A stretch of DNA of 64,000 nt. Source: Phycisphaeraceae bacterium (GTDB lineage Bacteria > Planctomycetota > Phycisphaerae > Phycisphaerales > UBA1924). The stretch's first letter is position 1, and every line of letters starts with the position of its first letter. The notes below the pieces were generated by a model that worked only from the letters and a program-made list of their open reading frames with translations, was not told where the DNA came from and did not search any database. The stretch covers positions 1,582,928 to 1,646,927 of the forward strand of contig JAHBXH010000001.1 of assembly GCA_019636555.1 (NCBI GenBank), in the 5' to 3' direction. Below, piece by piece: positions 54,788 through 64,000 of this stretch. The position numbers and the translations under genes are program-made.

Positions 54788-56134
54788 TTGACCATCCGCA
54801 AGCAGCCATCCGATTTTCGCGTTGAGGAACTGCTCTCTCCCGAAACGCAGGCCGCGATCCACGATCGCGCCGGCGGCAGCGACGTTCACGCGCTCTACGA
54901 ACTCGAGAAGACTTCGCTCACGACCCCCGCAGCGGTCAATGAACTCTGTCGCGCGCTCAAGGCCCGCCCCGATCACGCGAGCTACGCCGGGCTCAAAGAC
55001 AAGCACGCCCAAACCCGCCAGCACATCACGGTCAAGCTGCGCACGCCCTCCGATGCTCCGCGTGCCGCAGAGGGCAAGCAGTGGCACGCCGCGCTCCGCG
55101 GCTTTGTCGATCACCCGATCACCGCCGCCGACATCACCGGCAACCGCTTCGTCATCACCGTCCGCGATCTCAAGCGCCCCGACAGCGAAGAAATGGACCG
55201 CCGCGCCGGTCTTCTTTCCGAAACCCCCTCCCGGAGAGGGTGGGGGGAGGGGGCAGGGGGTGGGCTGCTTTCTCCCCTCGGCACCTCGACACCTCGACAC
55301 CTCGACACCTGTCTTCTCTTCACGAACTACTTCGGCGCCCAGCGTTTCGGCTCCGCCCGCCACGGCGCGGGCTGGATCGCCAAGTCACTGATCTCCGGCG
55401 ATTTCGAAACCGCGCTCAAACTCGCCATCGGCACTCCCGCGCGCAAGGACACCGGCAAGACCCGCGACTTCACGCGCATCCTCGCCTCGCGCTGGGGCGA
55501 CTGGAAAGGGATGCTCAAGGATCTGCCGCGCCTGCCCGAGGCCCGCGCGATCGAAGTGCTGGCGCGCGGCCGGCACGTTGACGGTGGGGGCGACTTCAAG
55601 GAGGCCTTCGCCGCGCTCCCGTACTTCCTGCAATCTCTTTTCGTCGAGGCCTATCAGTCGCACCTCTGGAACCGCTGCGCCTGCGAACTCACCGGTGCAG
55701 CTGCAGGAACCCCCTCCCCGAGGGAGGGGGAAGGGGGTGGGCGGTCGTCTGCAACCCAATCACCCATGTTGAGAACCGGCGACGAATTCGGCGAAATGCT
55801 CTTCGCTCCCGCCTCACTCATCCAACCTCCCTGGCGCGATCTCGATCTCCCTCTGCTCGCCAAAAACTCCGAATTGCTCGACCCGTGGAAGGAAACTTAC
55901 GAGCGCGTGCTGGCTTCCGAAGGCATCGCCCTCGCCGATCTCCGCGTCAAAGGTCTCAAGCGTCCGTTCTTCGGCGAGGCCTCGCGCCGCCTCTTCGCCG
56001 AGGCACGCAACTTCGCTCTTTCTGTGCCCGAGCCGGATGAGCTCTCCAGGTCCGGCCTCCGCAAACGCACCGCATCCTTCGACCTGTCCCGCGGCAGTTA
56101 CGCCACCGTCGTCCTCCGCGCGCTCGGTCAGTAG
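54788..56134 (+). CDS. truD: tRNA pseudouridine(13) synthase TruD
   Basis: IRKQPSDFRVEELL..., YAGLKDKHAQTRQ, NYFGAQRFG motifs. Only TTG starts are available (54788, or in-frame TTGs inside the 8-bp repeat from 54692). Confidence 0.8.
   Translation: MTIRKQPSDFRVEELLSPETQAAIHDRAGGSDVHALYELEKTSLTTPAAVNELCRALKARPDHASYAGLKDKHAQTRQHITVKLRTPSDAPRAAEGKQWHAALRGFVDHPITAADITGNRFVITVRDLKRPDSEEMDRRAGLLSETPSRRGWGEGAGGGLLSPLGTSTPRHLDTCLLFTNYFGAQRFGSARHGAGWIAKSLISGDFETALKLAIGTPARKDTGKTRDFTRILASRWGDWKGMLKDLPRLPEARAIEVLARGRHVDGGGDFKEAFAALPYFLQSLFVEAYQSHLWNRCACELTGAAAGTPSPREGEGGGRSSATQSPMLRTGDEFGEMLFAPASLIQPPWRDLDLPLLAKNSELLDPWKETYERVLASEGIALADLRVKGLKRPFFGEASRRLFAEARNFALSVPEPDELSRSGLRKRTASFDLSRGSYATVVLRALGQ
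55224..55264. repeat. GC-rich hairpin element E1 inside truD
   Basis: ccccctcccggagagggtggggggagggggcagggggtggg. Related to E2 at 55710-55741. Confidence 0.7.
55282..55311. repeat. 8-bp tandem repeat (cacctcga) x3 plus a partial unit inside truD
   Basis: cacctcga cacctcga cacctcga cacctg. Confidence 0.9.
55710..55741. repeat. GC-rich hairpin element E2 inside truD
   Basis: ccccctccc-cga-gggaggggg followed by aagggggtggg. Confidence 0.7.
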
Positions 56135-56269
56135 CTGCTGATTTGAGCACCACGAACATTTCGTATGTCAGGCCGGCTCTTTTGCCGGGTCAAATGCGGA
56201 ACATAAGCCGCTGTCGCATCCATCAGCTGCCCGCTTTCAGCCCGAATGGGCTGATAAATTCGAGCCGAG

Positions 56270-56830
56270 AGGGGGGGTGGGGTGGAGCGAGTCTTCGAGC
56301 GACACCCTCGGTGCAAGCGCGAAGACTCCGGCACGCCATCGGCGTGCGACATCTGGATAGCGATCGGCCAATCACGCCGCTAGCACAATCTGTTATTGGT
56401 TGGGTGAACGTATCCGAGCGAATCGTCGAGCGATGACCGAGGGGGTTTCAAACCGGATTCTCTTCTTTTTGCTCCGTCTCTCCGTCTCTTTGCCTTGCCG
56501 TCTCTGCTGCCCTGCCGCACCGCCACGCTGCCGTTCTAGTTCGACTCAACGCACTTCAAACTGAGTCCTCCCCCGCTCCCCAGCGGGGAGGTGTCATCGC
56601 GGAGGCTTGGCGGAGCGATGACGGAGGGGCTGTCAAATGAACGCCGTCCTTACTCTCCATCTCTCCGTCTCTGCCGTTTGCGGGCCCGTGCAATCCCGTT
56701 TCGGTCCTCCCCCTTTGCCGAAAGGGGGAGATGTCCGAGCGAGTCTTCGAGCGAGGACGGAGGGGGTGTCAATCGAAACCGCCCTTACTCTCCGTCTCTG
56801 CCCCTCCGCCTCTCCCTCACTTCCCCGCTG
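56270..56830. repeat. array of degenerate repeat units with GC-rich hairpins and CT-rich tails
   Basis: Identical 18-mer gagcgagtcttcgagcga at 56285-56302 and 56737-56754. Hairpins at 56567-56591 (cctcccccgct cccc agcggggagg) and 56707-56730 (ctcccccttt gccg aaagggggag). Related tails ...gacggagggg.tgtcaa...ccttactctcc..gtctctgcc start at about 56411, 56592 and 56731. Confidence 0.75.
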
Positions 56831-57881
56831 CCCTCATCGCTTCGTCATACACCCCGCCCAGCGTCCGCGGCTTCAGCACATCCGCTCGCTGATACTCCGC
56901 GTATTCATCGAACGGACGCTTCAAAAAATCCTCGCGGCTCTGGCCCGAATTGACCGCCGCTGCCGCCTTCGCGCGCAGCGCGATCAACATCTGCCGCTGC
57001 CGCTGCGCCATCTCGCGATCGCCGATGTCGCCGTGGCCCGGAATCACCACCCTCTGCTTCTCGCCGCACAATTCGAGAATCTTCTCGCATCCCTTGACCC
57101 AGCCCGCCGTGTCCGATCCTCCCGGCAGATCGATCACCGGCCACGTGCGGTTGAAAAGCAAATCACCCCCGTGCAGCACGTTCTCCCGCGGCACGACGAT
57201 GATCAGGTCGTTGTCCGTGTGCCCGTTCCCCACATGTGCCAGTTGCAACTCGATGCCGCCGATCGTGATCGTCTCGCTGTCGCCCAGCGACTTCGTCGGG
57301 TTCCACGAGTTCTTCGTGTATCCCGCGCCGTCAAACGCCGCGAGGTCATTCAGCACTGCGCCCTTCGCCGGTTTGTCGCTCTCGCTCACTTGCTTCTGGG
57401 CCCGTGCCGCGCCGCCCAGCAAGCGCTCGCCCTGGCTCGCGATCCGCGGCAGCGCGTTCTGGTGCGCCATCACCGCGCAATCCTTCGTGAACGCGTAGTT
57501 CCCACCGATGTGATCGCCGTGGTGATGCGTGTTGATCAAAGTCTTCACCGGCTTGCCGCAGACGGCTTCGGCTTCGCGCCGCAGCGTCGCGCCGTACCCC
57601 GCGTTCTTCGCGTCGATGACGATCGCTTCATTCTCGCCTGCGATCACCAGCACATTCCCGCCCTCTCCCTGCGCAACCCAGCAGCGCGGCGAGACCTTTG
57701 TCCACGCAAACCAGTTCATCGCCGAATCTTGAAGCGATGCATCCCCAAGCAGCGCCGCGCGTGTCGTACGCGTGAACGTGGCGTTGGCGGCAAACGCAAG
57801 CCCCGCCGAAACACCCGCCGATAGCCCGAGAAAACCGCGACGAGAAAGTCCGAAGTTGCACGCTGGGTCGATCTGTTTCAC
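56817..57881 (-). CDS. MBL-fold metallo-hydrolase with twin-arginine signal
   Basis: GTG 57881 gives VKQIDPACNFGLSRRGFLGLSAGVSAGLAFAANA (Tat-like). HHHGDH metal motif (LINTHHHGDHIGGN). Confidence 0.8.
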   Translation of the reverse strand: MKQIDPACNFGLSRRGFLGLSAGVSAGLAFAANATFTRTTRAALLGDASLQDSAMNWFAWTKVSPRCWVAQGEGGNVLVIAGENEAIVIDAKNAGYGATLRREAEAVCGKPVKTLINTHHHGDHIGGNYAFTKDCAVMAHQNALPRIASQGERLLGGAARAQKQVSESDKPAKGAVLNDLAAFDGAGYTKNSWNPTKSLGDSETITIGGIELQLAHVGNGHTDNDLIIVVPRENVLHGGDLLFNRTWPVIDLPGGSDTAGWVKGCEKILELCGEKQRVVIPGHGDIGDREMAQRQRQMLIALRAKAAAAVNSGQSREDFLKRPFDEYAEYQRADVLKPRTLGGVYDEAMRAAGK

Positions 57882-58084
57882 GGTTGCGCTCCAGCCCGGG
57901 GCCGACCGAAATGCTCGAAGTCCGCTCCCGTTGAGCCTATCATCCGCCCCTCGCCGCGTCGGGCAACCCGCGGCAGGAACATTGACAAAGTCTTGGTATT
58001 TCGGCCCATGCGCTCGCAAAGGCTGGATTCCGCAACTTTTTCACTCGCAGCAAGAGCCCGCACAAGGGCGACAGGAACCAGGCG

Positions 58085-58639
58085 ATGAAAGCGATCGACA
58101 TGCGTCCCGGAATGGGCTTCAAGATGGACGGCAAGATGTGCGTGGTGGTCGGAACCGAACACCGCACCCCGGGCAACCTCCGCGCGTTCGTGCAGCTCAC
58201 CTATCGCGAGATCCTCGCCGGCAAAACGCTCGATAAGCGCATGCAGCCCTCGGAAGACATCGAGATCCTCGATCTCGACCGCCGCGAGATGGAGTACCTC
58301 TACTCCGATTCGCAGGGCGCGACGTTCATGGACACCGAGAGTTACGAGCAGTATCAGTTGAACGAGAACGTCCTCGGCAACACGCTCAAGTTCATCCGCC
58401 CCAACAGCAAGTGCACCGTCCTGCTCTTCGACGGGAACCCGATCACGGTCGAACTTCCGCCGTCGGTCGAACTCACCATCACCGATTGTCCGCCCGAAGT
58501 GAAGGGCGCCACCGTGACCAACCAGACCAAGGACGCCGAGACCGAAACCGGTTTGAAAGTGAAGGTCCCGGCCTTCATCAAGCAGGGCGAGACCATCCGC
58601 ATCGCCACGATGGACGGCAGCTACCAGTCGCGCGCCTGA
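58085..58639 (+). CDS. efp: elongation factor P
   Basis: 184 aa, collinear with the EF-P three-domain pattern (...GATVTNQTKDAETETGLKVKVPAFIKQGETIRI...). Confidence 0.9.
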   Translation: MKAIDMRPGMGFKMDGKMCVVVGTEHRTPGNLRAFVQLTYREILAGKTLDKRMQPSEDIEILDLDRREMEYLYSDSQGATFMDTESYEQYQLNENVLGNTLKFIRPNSKCTVLLFDGNPITVELPPSVELTITDCPPEVKGATVTNQTKDAETETGLKVKVPAFIKQGETIRIATMDGSYQSRA

Positions 58640-58663
58640 GCAGGAATTACGCGAGTTTTCATC

Positions 58664-58690
58664 AGGCCCCGTGCTGGGGCCTTTTTCTTT
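58664..58690 (+). terminator. rho-independent terminator after efp
   Basis: aggcccc-gtgct-ggggcct followed by ttttcttt. Confidence 0.7.
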
Positions 58691-58727
58691 GCGCCGGTTT
58701 TCCCGCTAGGCTCTGAGGGAAAGAACC

Positions 58728-60335
58728 ATGAAAAAGGCACGAAAATTCATCCTCGCAATCGCGTCCGCGGCACTCGTCGCGGTTGTCGGCATCGGCGCGA
58801 TCATCTTCTTTTCGCTCAGGTCGGGCAGCGGCGCGCTCGAGACCTGGCTCGGCAGACAACTCGTCGGCATCGCATCGACATACGTCGAGCCGACGATCGA
58901 CTTCAAACGCATCCGGTACACCTACCCCGGCACGGTCGTCTTGAGCGATGTGACCTTCACGGCAAGCGACCGCACGCGCGTGGTCTCATTGAACACGCTC
59001 ACGGTGACCCTCGCCGAAATCCCGAAGATCGGTTCGCCCCTCAAGATCGAGCGGGTGGAGCTCGAAACGCCGACGGTCAACCTCATTTCCGTCCCCGGAG
59101 GCGGATTCAAGGGCCTGGTTCCTTTCGTCAAGAACGTCCCGGGCAAGGAGTCGGCGCAAACACCGACCGAGTTCAAGCTGTCGAACGTCCTCCAGCTCCG
59201 CAAGTTCATTCTGAAGAACGGGACGGTTGTGTACGACGCCGGTGGGGGTCAGCCCGTCATGAAGCTCGACGGCATCAGCACCGAGATGGACATCAAGCCG
59301 ATCACGATCGGGAACGAGACCGGCTGGTACGAACTCGCGTTCAACGCCGGAAAAGCTCCCGGTGTCGAAATGAAGGTCAAAGGACAGCTCAATCTCGACA
59401 CATCCGTCGCCAAAATCGACGACGCGACTATGGACGTCATGCTCGACGACAAAACGATCCAAGGATTGCCGCCACAGCTGCAATCAACGCTCCGCGCCGC
59501 CGAGGCCCGCGGCAAACTCGCCGCCAACATCGCGGGAACCGTCCCCGCCAACGCTTGGCGCACCAGCGAGTTGCAGGGCAGGGTCACGCTCGCGGATTTC
59601 AATGTCGCAGCCGGCCGGTTCAAGTTCCCCATCGACCGGGGCGATGTCCCGATCTCAATCGCGAACGGGCTGCTCAATCTGAACCCGATTCAAATCAACC
59701 TGCTCGGCGGGCAGTTCACATCGTCGGTCTCCGCGAATCTGTCCGATACCAACATTCCGGTTTCCGGGAATTGGCAGGCATCGAATCTCGACCTCGAAAA
59801 ACTGATGCGGGCGCAGCAGGATGTGAACGCGCCGCCCGGATTTCAGGGTCAATTGCGCAGCTCGGGCAACTTTGCTCTGAACGCGGGGTCCCCAAATCCG
59901 AACGCCGACCCGTTCGCCGTCCTCGCAACCGCGAGCGGGGCCGGCGACCTGAACATCGAGAATGGCCGACTCTTTGTCATCCCCGGCCTGATGGACGCGA
60001 TGAATCTCGCAACAGGAAAGTCCATCTCCTTCATGGATGACGCCACCAAGCACACCCTCAACGCGAATTTCAATATCACCGGCCAGGGAATCCAGGTCAC
60101 GCAGTCACACATCGTGGCCAGCGCGCTCGACGCCCGCGCGACCGGCTTGATCGACTGGCACATGGATCTCCACATGACCGCGACCGCCAATCCGATCGCC
60201 GCGGTAACACAACCGCTCGGCGCCGTCGGACGCATCATCGGCAACATGACCAAGGAAGTGATTCAATACCAGATCACCGGCAAAGTCGGCGATCCCAAGG
60301 TCTCCGTGAAGCCCTTCGGCCTCGGCGGCAATTGA
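58728..60335 (+). CDS. AsmA-like large envelope protein with N-terminal membrane anchor
   Basis: MKKARKFILAIASAALVAVVGIGAIIFF anchor, then a long beta-rich Gly/Asn/Thr-rich region. The AsmA/DUF748-like call is from overall pattern only. Confidence 0.5.
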   Translation: MKKARKFILAIASAALVAVVGIGAIIFFSLRSGSGALETWLGRQLVGIASTYVEPTIDFKRIRYTYPGTVVLSDVTFTASDRTRVVSLNTLTVTLAEIPKIGSPLKIERVELETPTVNLISVPGGGFKGLVPFVKNVPGKESAQTPTEFKLSNVLQLRKFILKNGTVVYDAGGGQPVMKLDGISTEMDIKPITIGNETGWYELAFNAGKAPGVEMKVKGQLNLDTSVAKIDDATMDVMLDDKTIQGLPPQLQSTLRAAEARGKLAANIAGTVPANAWRTSELQGRVTLADFNVAAGRFKFPIDRGDVPISIANGLLNLNPIQINLLGGQFTSSVSANLSDTNIPVSGNWQASNLDLEKLMRAQQDVNAPPGFQGQLRSSGNFALNAGSPNPNADPFAVLATASGAGDLNIENGRLFVIPGLMDAMNLATGKSISFMDDATKHTLNANFNITGQGIQVTQSHIVASALDARATGLIDWHMDLHMTATANPIAAVTQPLGAVGRIIGNMTKEVIQYQITGKVGDPKVSVKPFGLGGN

Positions 60336-60382
60336 CCGTCTCCACACATCCGCCATCCGAAATCCGATATCCCACATCCGCC

Positions 60383-60913
60383 ATGCCTTCCCCCCGCCTC
60401 ATCCTTCTCGGTCTCCGCACCAGCGGCAAAACGACGCTCGGCGCGCGCGCCGCGCAATCGCTCGGTCTTCCGTTCCTCGATCTCGATGACCTCACCGCCC
60501 GCGTGCTCAATCAACCCTCGGCGGGAGACGCGATCCGCAATCTCGGCCTCCCCGCGTTCCGCGCCGGCGAAGTGCGCGCGCTGTCAATGCCCGAAGCAAC
60601 TTCGGTCGGTGTTCTTTCTCTCGGCGGCGGCACACCCACCGATCCCGTCGCGCGCGCCGCTCTCGCCGCCCTGCAGAAAGCCGGCTCGCGCATCATCTAC
60701 CTGCGCGCAACACCCGCGACGCTCAAGTCCCGAATGTCCGCGACCGATCTCGCCACGCGCCCGAGCCTGACCGGCAAGAACCCGATCGACGAAGTCGATC
60801 AGATCTTCCGCGAGCGCGATCCGCTCTTCAAAGAAGTCGCCGACACCACGATCGACGTGGACTCCATGTCCGAGGATTCCGCGCTCGCTTCGGTCCTTGC
60901 TACATTGAGTTGA
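60383..60913 (+). CDS. aroK: shikimate kinase
   Basis: LILLGLRTSGKTTLG Walker A, LDLDD, GGG...; size fits. A TTG at 60332 is an alternative start. Confidence 0.8.
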   Translation: MPSPRLILLGLRTSGKTTLGARAAQSLGLPFLDLDDLTARVLNQPSAGDAIRNLGLPAFRAGEVRALSMPEATSVGVLSLGGGTPTDPVARAALAALQKAGSRIIYLRATPATLKSRMSATDLATRPSLTGKNPIDEVDQIFRERDPLFKEVADTTIDVDSMSEDSALASVLATLS

Positions 60914-62094
60914 TGTCTTCAGTCGCAACACGTCTTCAACCCTTCGGCACGACCATCTTCACCGAGATGACCGCGCTCGCGATCAAGCACAACGCGGTGA
61001 ACCTCGCGCAGGGTTTCCCGGACTTCGATGGCCCACAGCTCGCGAAAGATGCAGCGAAAGCCGCGATCGACGCCGGTCATTCTCAATATGCCCGGATGTT
61101 CGGCGTGCCCAAGCTCAACGCCGCGATCGCGCGCGCGTTCGCCGCGCGCACGAATGTCCCGATCGATCCCGATGCGAACGTCACCGTCACGAGCGGGTGC
61201 ACCGAGGCGCTTCCCGCTGCTTTTCTCGGGCTTGTGAACAGCGGCGACGAGGTGATTCTCTTCGAGCCTTTTTACGATTCCTACAGAGCGTGCGTCGCGC
61301 TCGCGGGTGCGACGCCGAAGTTCGTGACGCTGCGGCCTGATTCTTCGGGTCGATTCGGGTTCGATGAGCGCGAGCTCGAGCGCGCGTTCACGAAGCGCAC
61401 CCGCGCGATCCTGGTGAACACGCCGCACAATCCGACGGGGAAAGTGTTCACGCGTGCGGAGCTGGAGAGCATCGCGCGGCTGTGTGCGAAGCACAACACC
61501 ATCGCGATCACCGACGAGGTGTACGAGCATCTCACGTATGAGCCCGCGCTGCCTCATATATCGCTCGCGTCGTTGCCCGGTATGTGGGAGCGCACGGTGA
61601 CGCTCTCGTCGCTCGGAAAATCGTTCAGTCTGACCGGTTGGAAAATCGGATGGGCGATCGCGCCGGCGCACCTGACAGCCGGAGTGAGGGCGGCGCACCA
61701 GTTCCTGACTTTCGCGACGGCGACGCCACTCCAGCACGGCGCCGCGGCGGTGATCGAGAACCCGGGCCCGATCGTGAACGAGTATCGCGCGCTCTTCCGA
61801 AGGAATCGCGACGTGCTCGGCGCGGCGCTCGCGAAACTCGGCTTCGAAGCGTTCCCATCCGACGGAACGTACTTCATCATGGCGGATCACACCGAGGTGA
61901 GCAGGCGCCTCGGCGCGAGCGACGATCGCGACCTGTGCCACAAGCTCATCGAGCGCTGCGGCGTCGCGGCGATCCCGCCGAGTGTGTTCTATGAAAATAG
62001 AGAGCATGGCAAATCCTTTGTGCGGTTTGCGTATTGCAAGAAAGCGGAGACGATCGATGAGGCGGTGAAGCGGCTCGCGCGACTTGCCACTTGA
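60913..62094 (+). CDS. class I/II PLP-dependent aminotransferase (YbdL/methionine aminotransferase-like)
   Basis: NLAQGFPDFDGP, NTPHNPTGKVF, SLGKSFSLTGWKIGW (PLP lysine), RFAYCK. Confidence 0.85.
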   Translation: MSSVATRLQPFGTTIFTEMTALAIKHNAVNLAQGFPDFDGPQLAKDAAKAAIDAGHSQYARMFGVPKLNAAIARAFAARTNVPIDPDANVTVTSGCTEALPAAFLGLVNSGDEVILFEPFYDSYRACVALAGATPKFVTLRPDSSGRFGFDERELERAFTKRTRAILVNTPHNPTGKVFTRAELESIARLCAKHNTIAITDEVYEHLTYEPALPHISLASLPGMWERTVTLSSLGKSFSLTGWKIGWAIAPAHLTAGVRAAHQFLTFATATPLQHGAAAVIENPGPIVNEYRALFRRNRDVLGAALAKLGFEAFPSDGTYFIMADHTEVSRRLGASDDRDLCHKLIERCGVAAIPPSVFYENREHGKSFVRFAYCKKAETIDEAVKRLARLAT

Positions 62095-62105
62095 GTGGCG
62101 CGATC

Positions 62106-62444
62106 TCAGGGATGTTTTCCGCCGGATGCCGCGGCGGCGATCCCGAGAATCCCGACCACGAAGATCAGCCAGACCAAGCCGATCAACAGGCCGAGCGCGT
62201 GCAGGCAGACGCTCACGATGCCACAGATCTTTCCGGCCTGGGTTGTGCCGCGGCCGGTCGATTGCATCATGCCGCGGTCCATGAGCGCGAGATCGCGGTT
62301 GGCCATGGTCCACGCGATGATCCCGAGGATCCAGCCCGCGCACCCGATGAGGAGCGAGAGGATGCCGAGCGCGAGGATGATGCCGCTGCGATCGGGCTGC
62401 TTGAATTGCTCGGCCGGCACGGGCGTATTCGGTTCGTTGTTCAT
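62106..62444 (-). CDS. DUF4190-like small membrane protein
   Basis: MNNEPNTPVPAEQFKQPDRSGIILALGILSLLIGCAGWILGIIAWTMANRDL... has two hydrophobic hairpins. An alternative ATG lies at 62462. Confidence 0.6.
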   Translation of the reverse strand: MNNEPNTPVPAEQFKQPDRSGIILALGILSLLIGCAGWILGIIAWTMANRDLALMDRGMMQSTGRGTTQAGKICGIVSVCLHALGLLIGLVWLIFVVGILGIAAAASGGKHP

Positions 62445-62473
62445 CGTGGTACTTTCTCTCATGAGCTTATCAG

Positions 62474-63802
62474 ATGGATGCCGCATCGAAAACTCTGGTT
62501 GAAGAACTGCGCGGGTTTCTGACCGTTGCGCGAGAGGCATCGGACGCGCGCGCGGCGCTGCGGCCGCATGTACGGGCGTTTGGGCGGAACGCCTCGCGGC
62601 CTCTTTCGCTCCTTGCGTTCGGCAAGGCATCGCTCGAGATGATGGATGAGGCCGTTCAGATTCTGGGCGAGAGGGTTGTGCGCGGCATCGCGACGGTCGT
62701 TCCCGAGCGGCTTGCTGCATTGGCGCGCGAGAGAGAAGAAGCGATTCGCGCGTGCGGGGTGCGGCTCTTGCCCGCGGATCATCCGCTGCCGACTAAGCGC
62801 AATGTGGCCGCGGCGGGTGAAGTGCGGGACTTTGTTTCGTCGCTGGCTCCCGCGGATTCGTTGCTCGTGCTTGTATCGGGCGGGGGCAGTGCGCATCTCA
62901 CGCTGCCGGCGCGGGGACTCACACTCGACAACTTGCGCGATGCGACGCGGGCGCTGCAGCGCGCGGGGCGCACCATCAACGAATTGAACTGCGTTCGCAA
63001 GCATTGTGAGCAACTCAAAGGCGGGCGGCTCGCGGCGCTCTCTCGCGCGGGGGAGGCGCGGGTGCTCGTTCTTTCGGATGTGCTCGGCGATCCGCTCGAT
63101 GTCATCTCGTCGGGGCCGTTTGCTCCGGATTCGACGACTTTCGCCGAGGCGCTCGAAGTTGTTGAGAAGAGCATTGGAGGTGATGCCGCTCCTGAAATCG
63201 CGGCGCATCTTCGCCGCGGCACGCGCGGCGAGATCGCGGAAACACCGAAGCAGGGCGACCCGGCCTTTGCTGGCGTAACTACGAGCGTGATCGCGAACAA
63301 CGCTTCGGTGGTGGATGCACTGTTGGCTCATGCGGAATCGCGCGGGATCAAGGTCGTGGAGATCTGGAAGTCGATCGATGGTGAAGCGAGCGCGATCGCG
63401 GCACGGATCGGCGCGGCTGTTCGGTCGATGCCGCACGACAAGCAACGGCGCGCGATCATTGTCGGAGGCGAGTGGACGGTGAAGGTCACCGAGTCGAGCG
63501 GGATTGGCGGACCGAGTCAGGAACTGGCGCTGGCGCTCGCGATGCAACTTCGGGGTTTGCCCGCTGCGGCGCTGTGCTTTTCGACCGACGGGGTGGATGG
63601 TCCGACCGACGGCGCGGGGGCGATCGTGGATGGAAGGACCATCGATGCCGCGGATGCAGCGGGATTGGACGGCGCTGCGGCGCTTGCGGCGCACGACAGC
63701 TACGGGTTCTTCGAAAGGCTTTCCGGCGCAAACCACCTGAAAACCGGCCCGACGGGGACGAACCTGAATCACGTTGTTGTGGTGCTGATCGACTCTCGGT
63801 AG
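62474..63802 (+). CDS. glycerate 2-kinase (DUF4147 + MOFRL domains)
   Basis: LLAFGKAS..., LLVLVSGGGSAHLTLP, C-terminal MOFRL-like GGEWTVKV...GGPSQELAL...STDGVDGPTD...TGPTGTNLN. Confidence 0.85.
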   Translation: MDAASKTLVEELRGFLTVAREASDARAALRPHVRAFGRNASRPLSLLAFGKASLEMMDEAVQILGERVVRGIATVVPERLAALAREREEAIRACGVRLLPADHPLPTKRNVAAAGEVRDFVSSLAPADSLLVLVSGGGSAHLTLPARGLTLDNLRDATRALQRAGRTINELNCVRKHCEQLKGGRLAALSRAGEARVLVLSDVLGDPLDVISSGPFAPDSTTFAEALEVVEKSIGGDAAPEIAAHLRRGTRGEIAETPKQGDPAFAGVTTSVIANNASVVDALLAHAESRGIKVVEIWKSIDGEASAIAARIGAAVRSMPHDKQRRAIIVGGEWTVKVTESSGIGGPSQELALALAMQLRGLPAAALCFSTDGVDGPTDGAGAIVDGRTIDAADAAGLDGAAALAAHDSYGFFERLSGANHLKTGPTGTNLNHVVVVLIDSR

Positions 63803-63922
63803 GAGGGTGTGGCAATGGGAGGCGGAGTCACGCAGCGGAGCGGCTCGATATTCGGAGTCTCCGGATCGGGGCTGCCGGGTTGTGGGCTTCGGGCACGGAT
63901 TTGTTTTTGGTAGGCTCTTTTC

Positions 63923-64000
63923 ATGATCACCGGCAGCCTCACCATTCAGCGGCTTCTCAGCTCGATGAAGAAACTCGATGCTTCCGACCTGCACATCAAG
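63923..64000 (+). CDS. PilT/PilB-type secretion ATPase, 5' fragment (runs off the window)
   Basis: MITGSLTIQRLLSSMKKLDASDLHIK matches the N-terminal ASDLH motif of PilT-like ATPases. Only 26 codons are visible. Confidence 0.4.
   Translation, partial: MITGSLTIQRLLSSMKKLDASDLHIK

Overview
High-GC bacterial chromosome segment. Gene content (two tandem ECF-sigma/Ser-Thr-kinase-WD40 pairs, a PEP-CTERM protein, many ATGA/GTGA start-stop couplings) suggests a Planctomycetota-like lineage; this is inference only. Most of the window is ordinary housekeeping: proBA, znuABC, H+-PPase, rpsU, gltA, trpF, bcp, photolyase, aguBA, truD, efp, aroK. Five regions stand out. (1) 6.6-12.2 kb holds a four-gene minus-strand module: two WXG100-like small proteins, a helical protein with an Imm33/DUF2185-like C-terminus, and a 1303-aa membrane FtsK/SpoIIIE ATPase with three P-loop-type domains. 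This is a type-VII-secretion-like signature in an unexpected genomic background and is my best candidate for an undescribed system. (2) About 15.4-22.3 kb is a decayed genomic island abutting tRNA-Ala. It carries an IS5-family element, an array of orphan Rhs C-terminal toxin cassettes (AHH and WHH nuclease tips) with immunity genes, near-identical recombination repeats, and a truncated, frameshifted large serine recombinase. (3) Two paralogous ECF-sigma/kinase pairs lie in tandem. Each kinase carries an N-terminal HxxxCxxC anti-sigma-like motif. (4) GT2, radical-SAM, GT87-like and photolyase genes form a translationally coupled string. (5) A family of small GC-rich hairpin and 8-bp tandem repeats lies around and in-frame inside truD, and a four-helix-bundle gene cassette with inverted repeats sits between aguB and aguA. 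Several genes (SRAP, DUF502, recombinase) show frame disruptions that could be real decay or assembly indels. All starts were chosen by eye; opposite-strand ORFs in the track are mostly GC-shadow artefacts.
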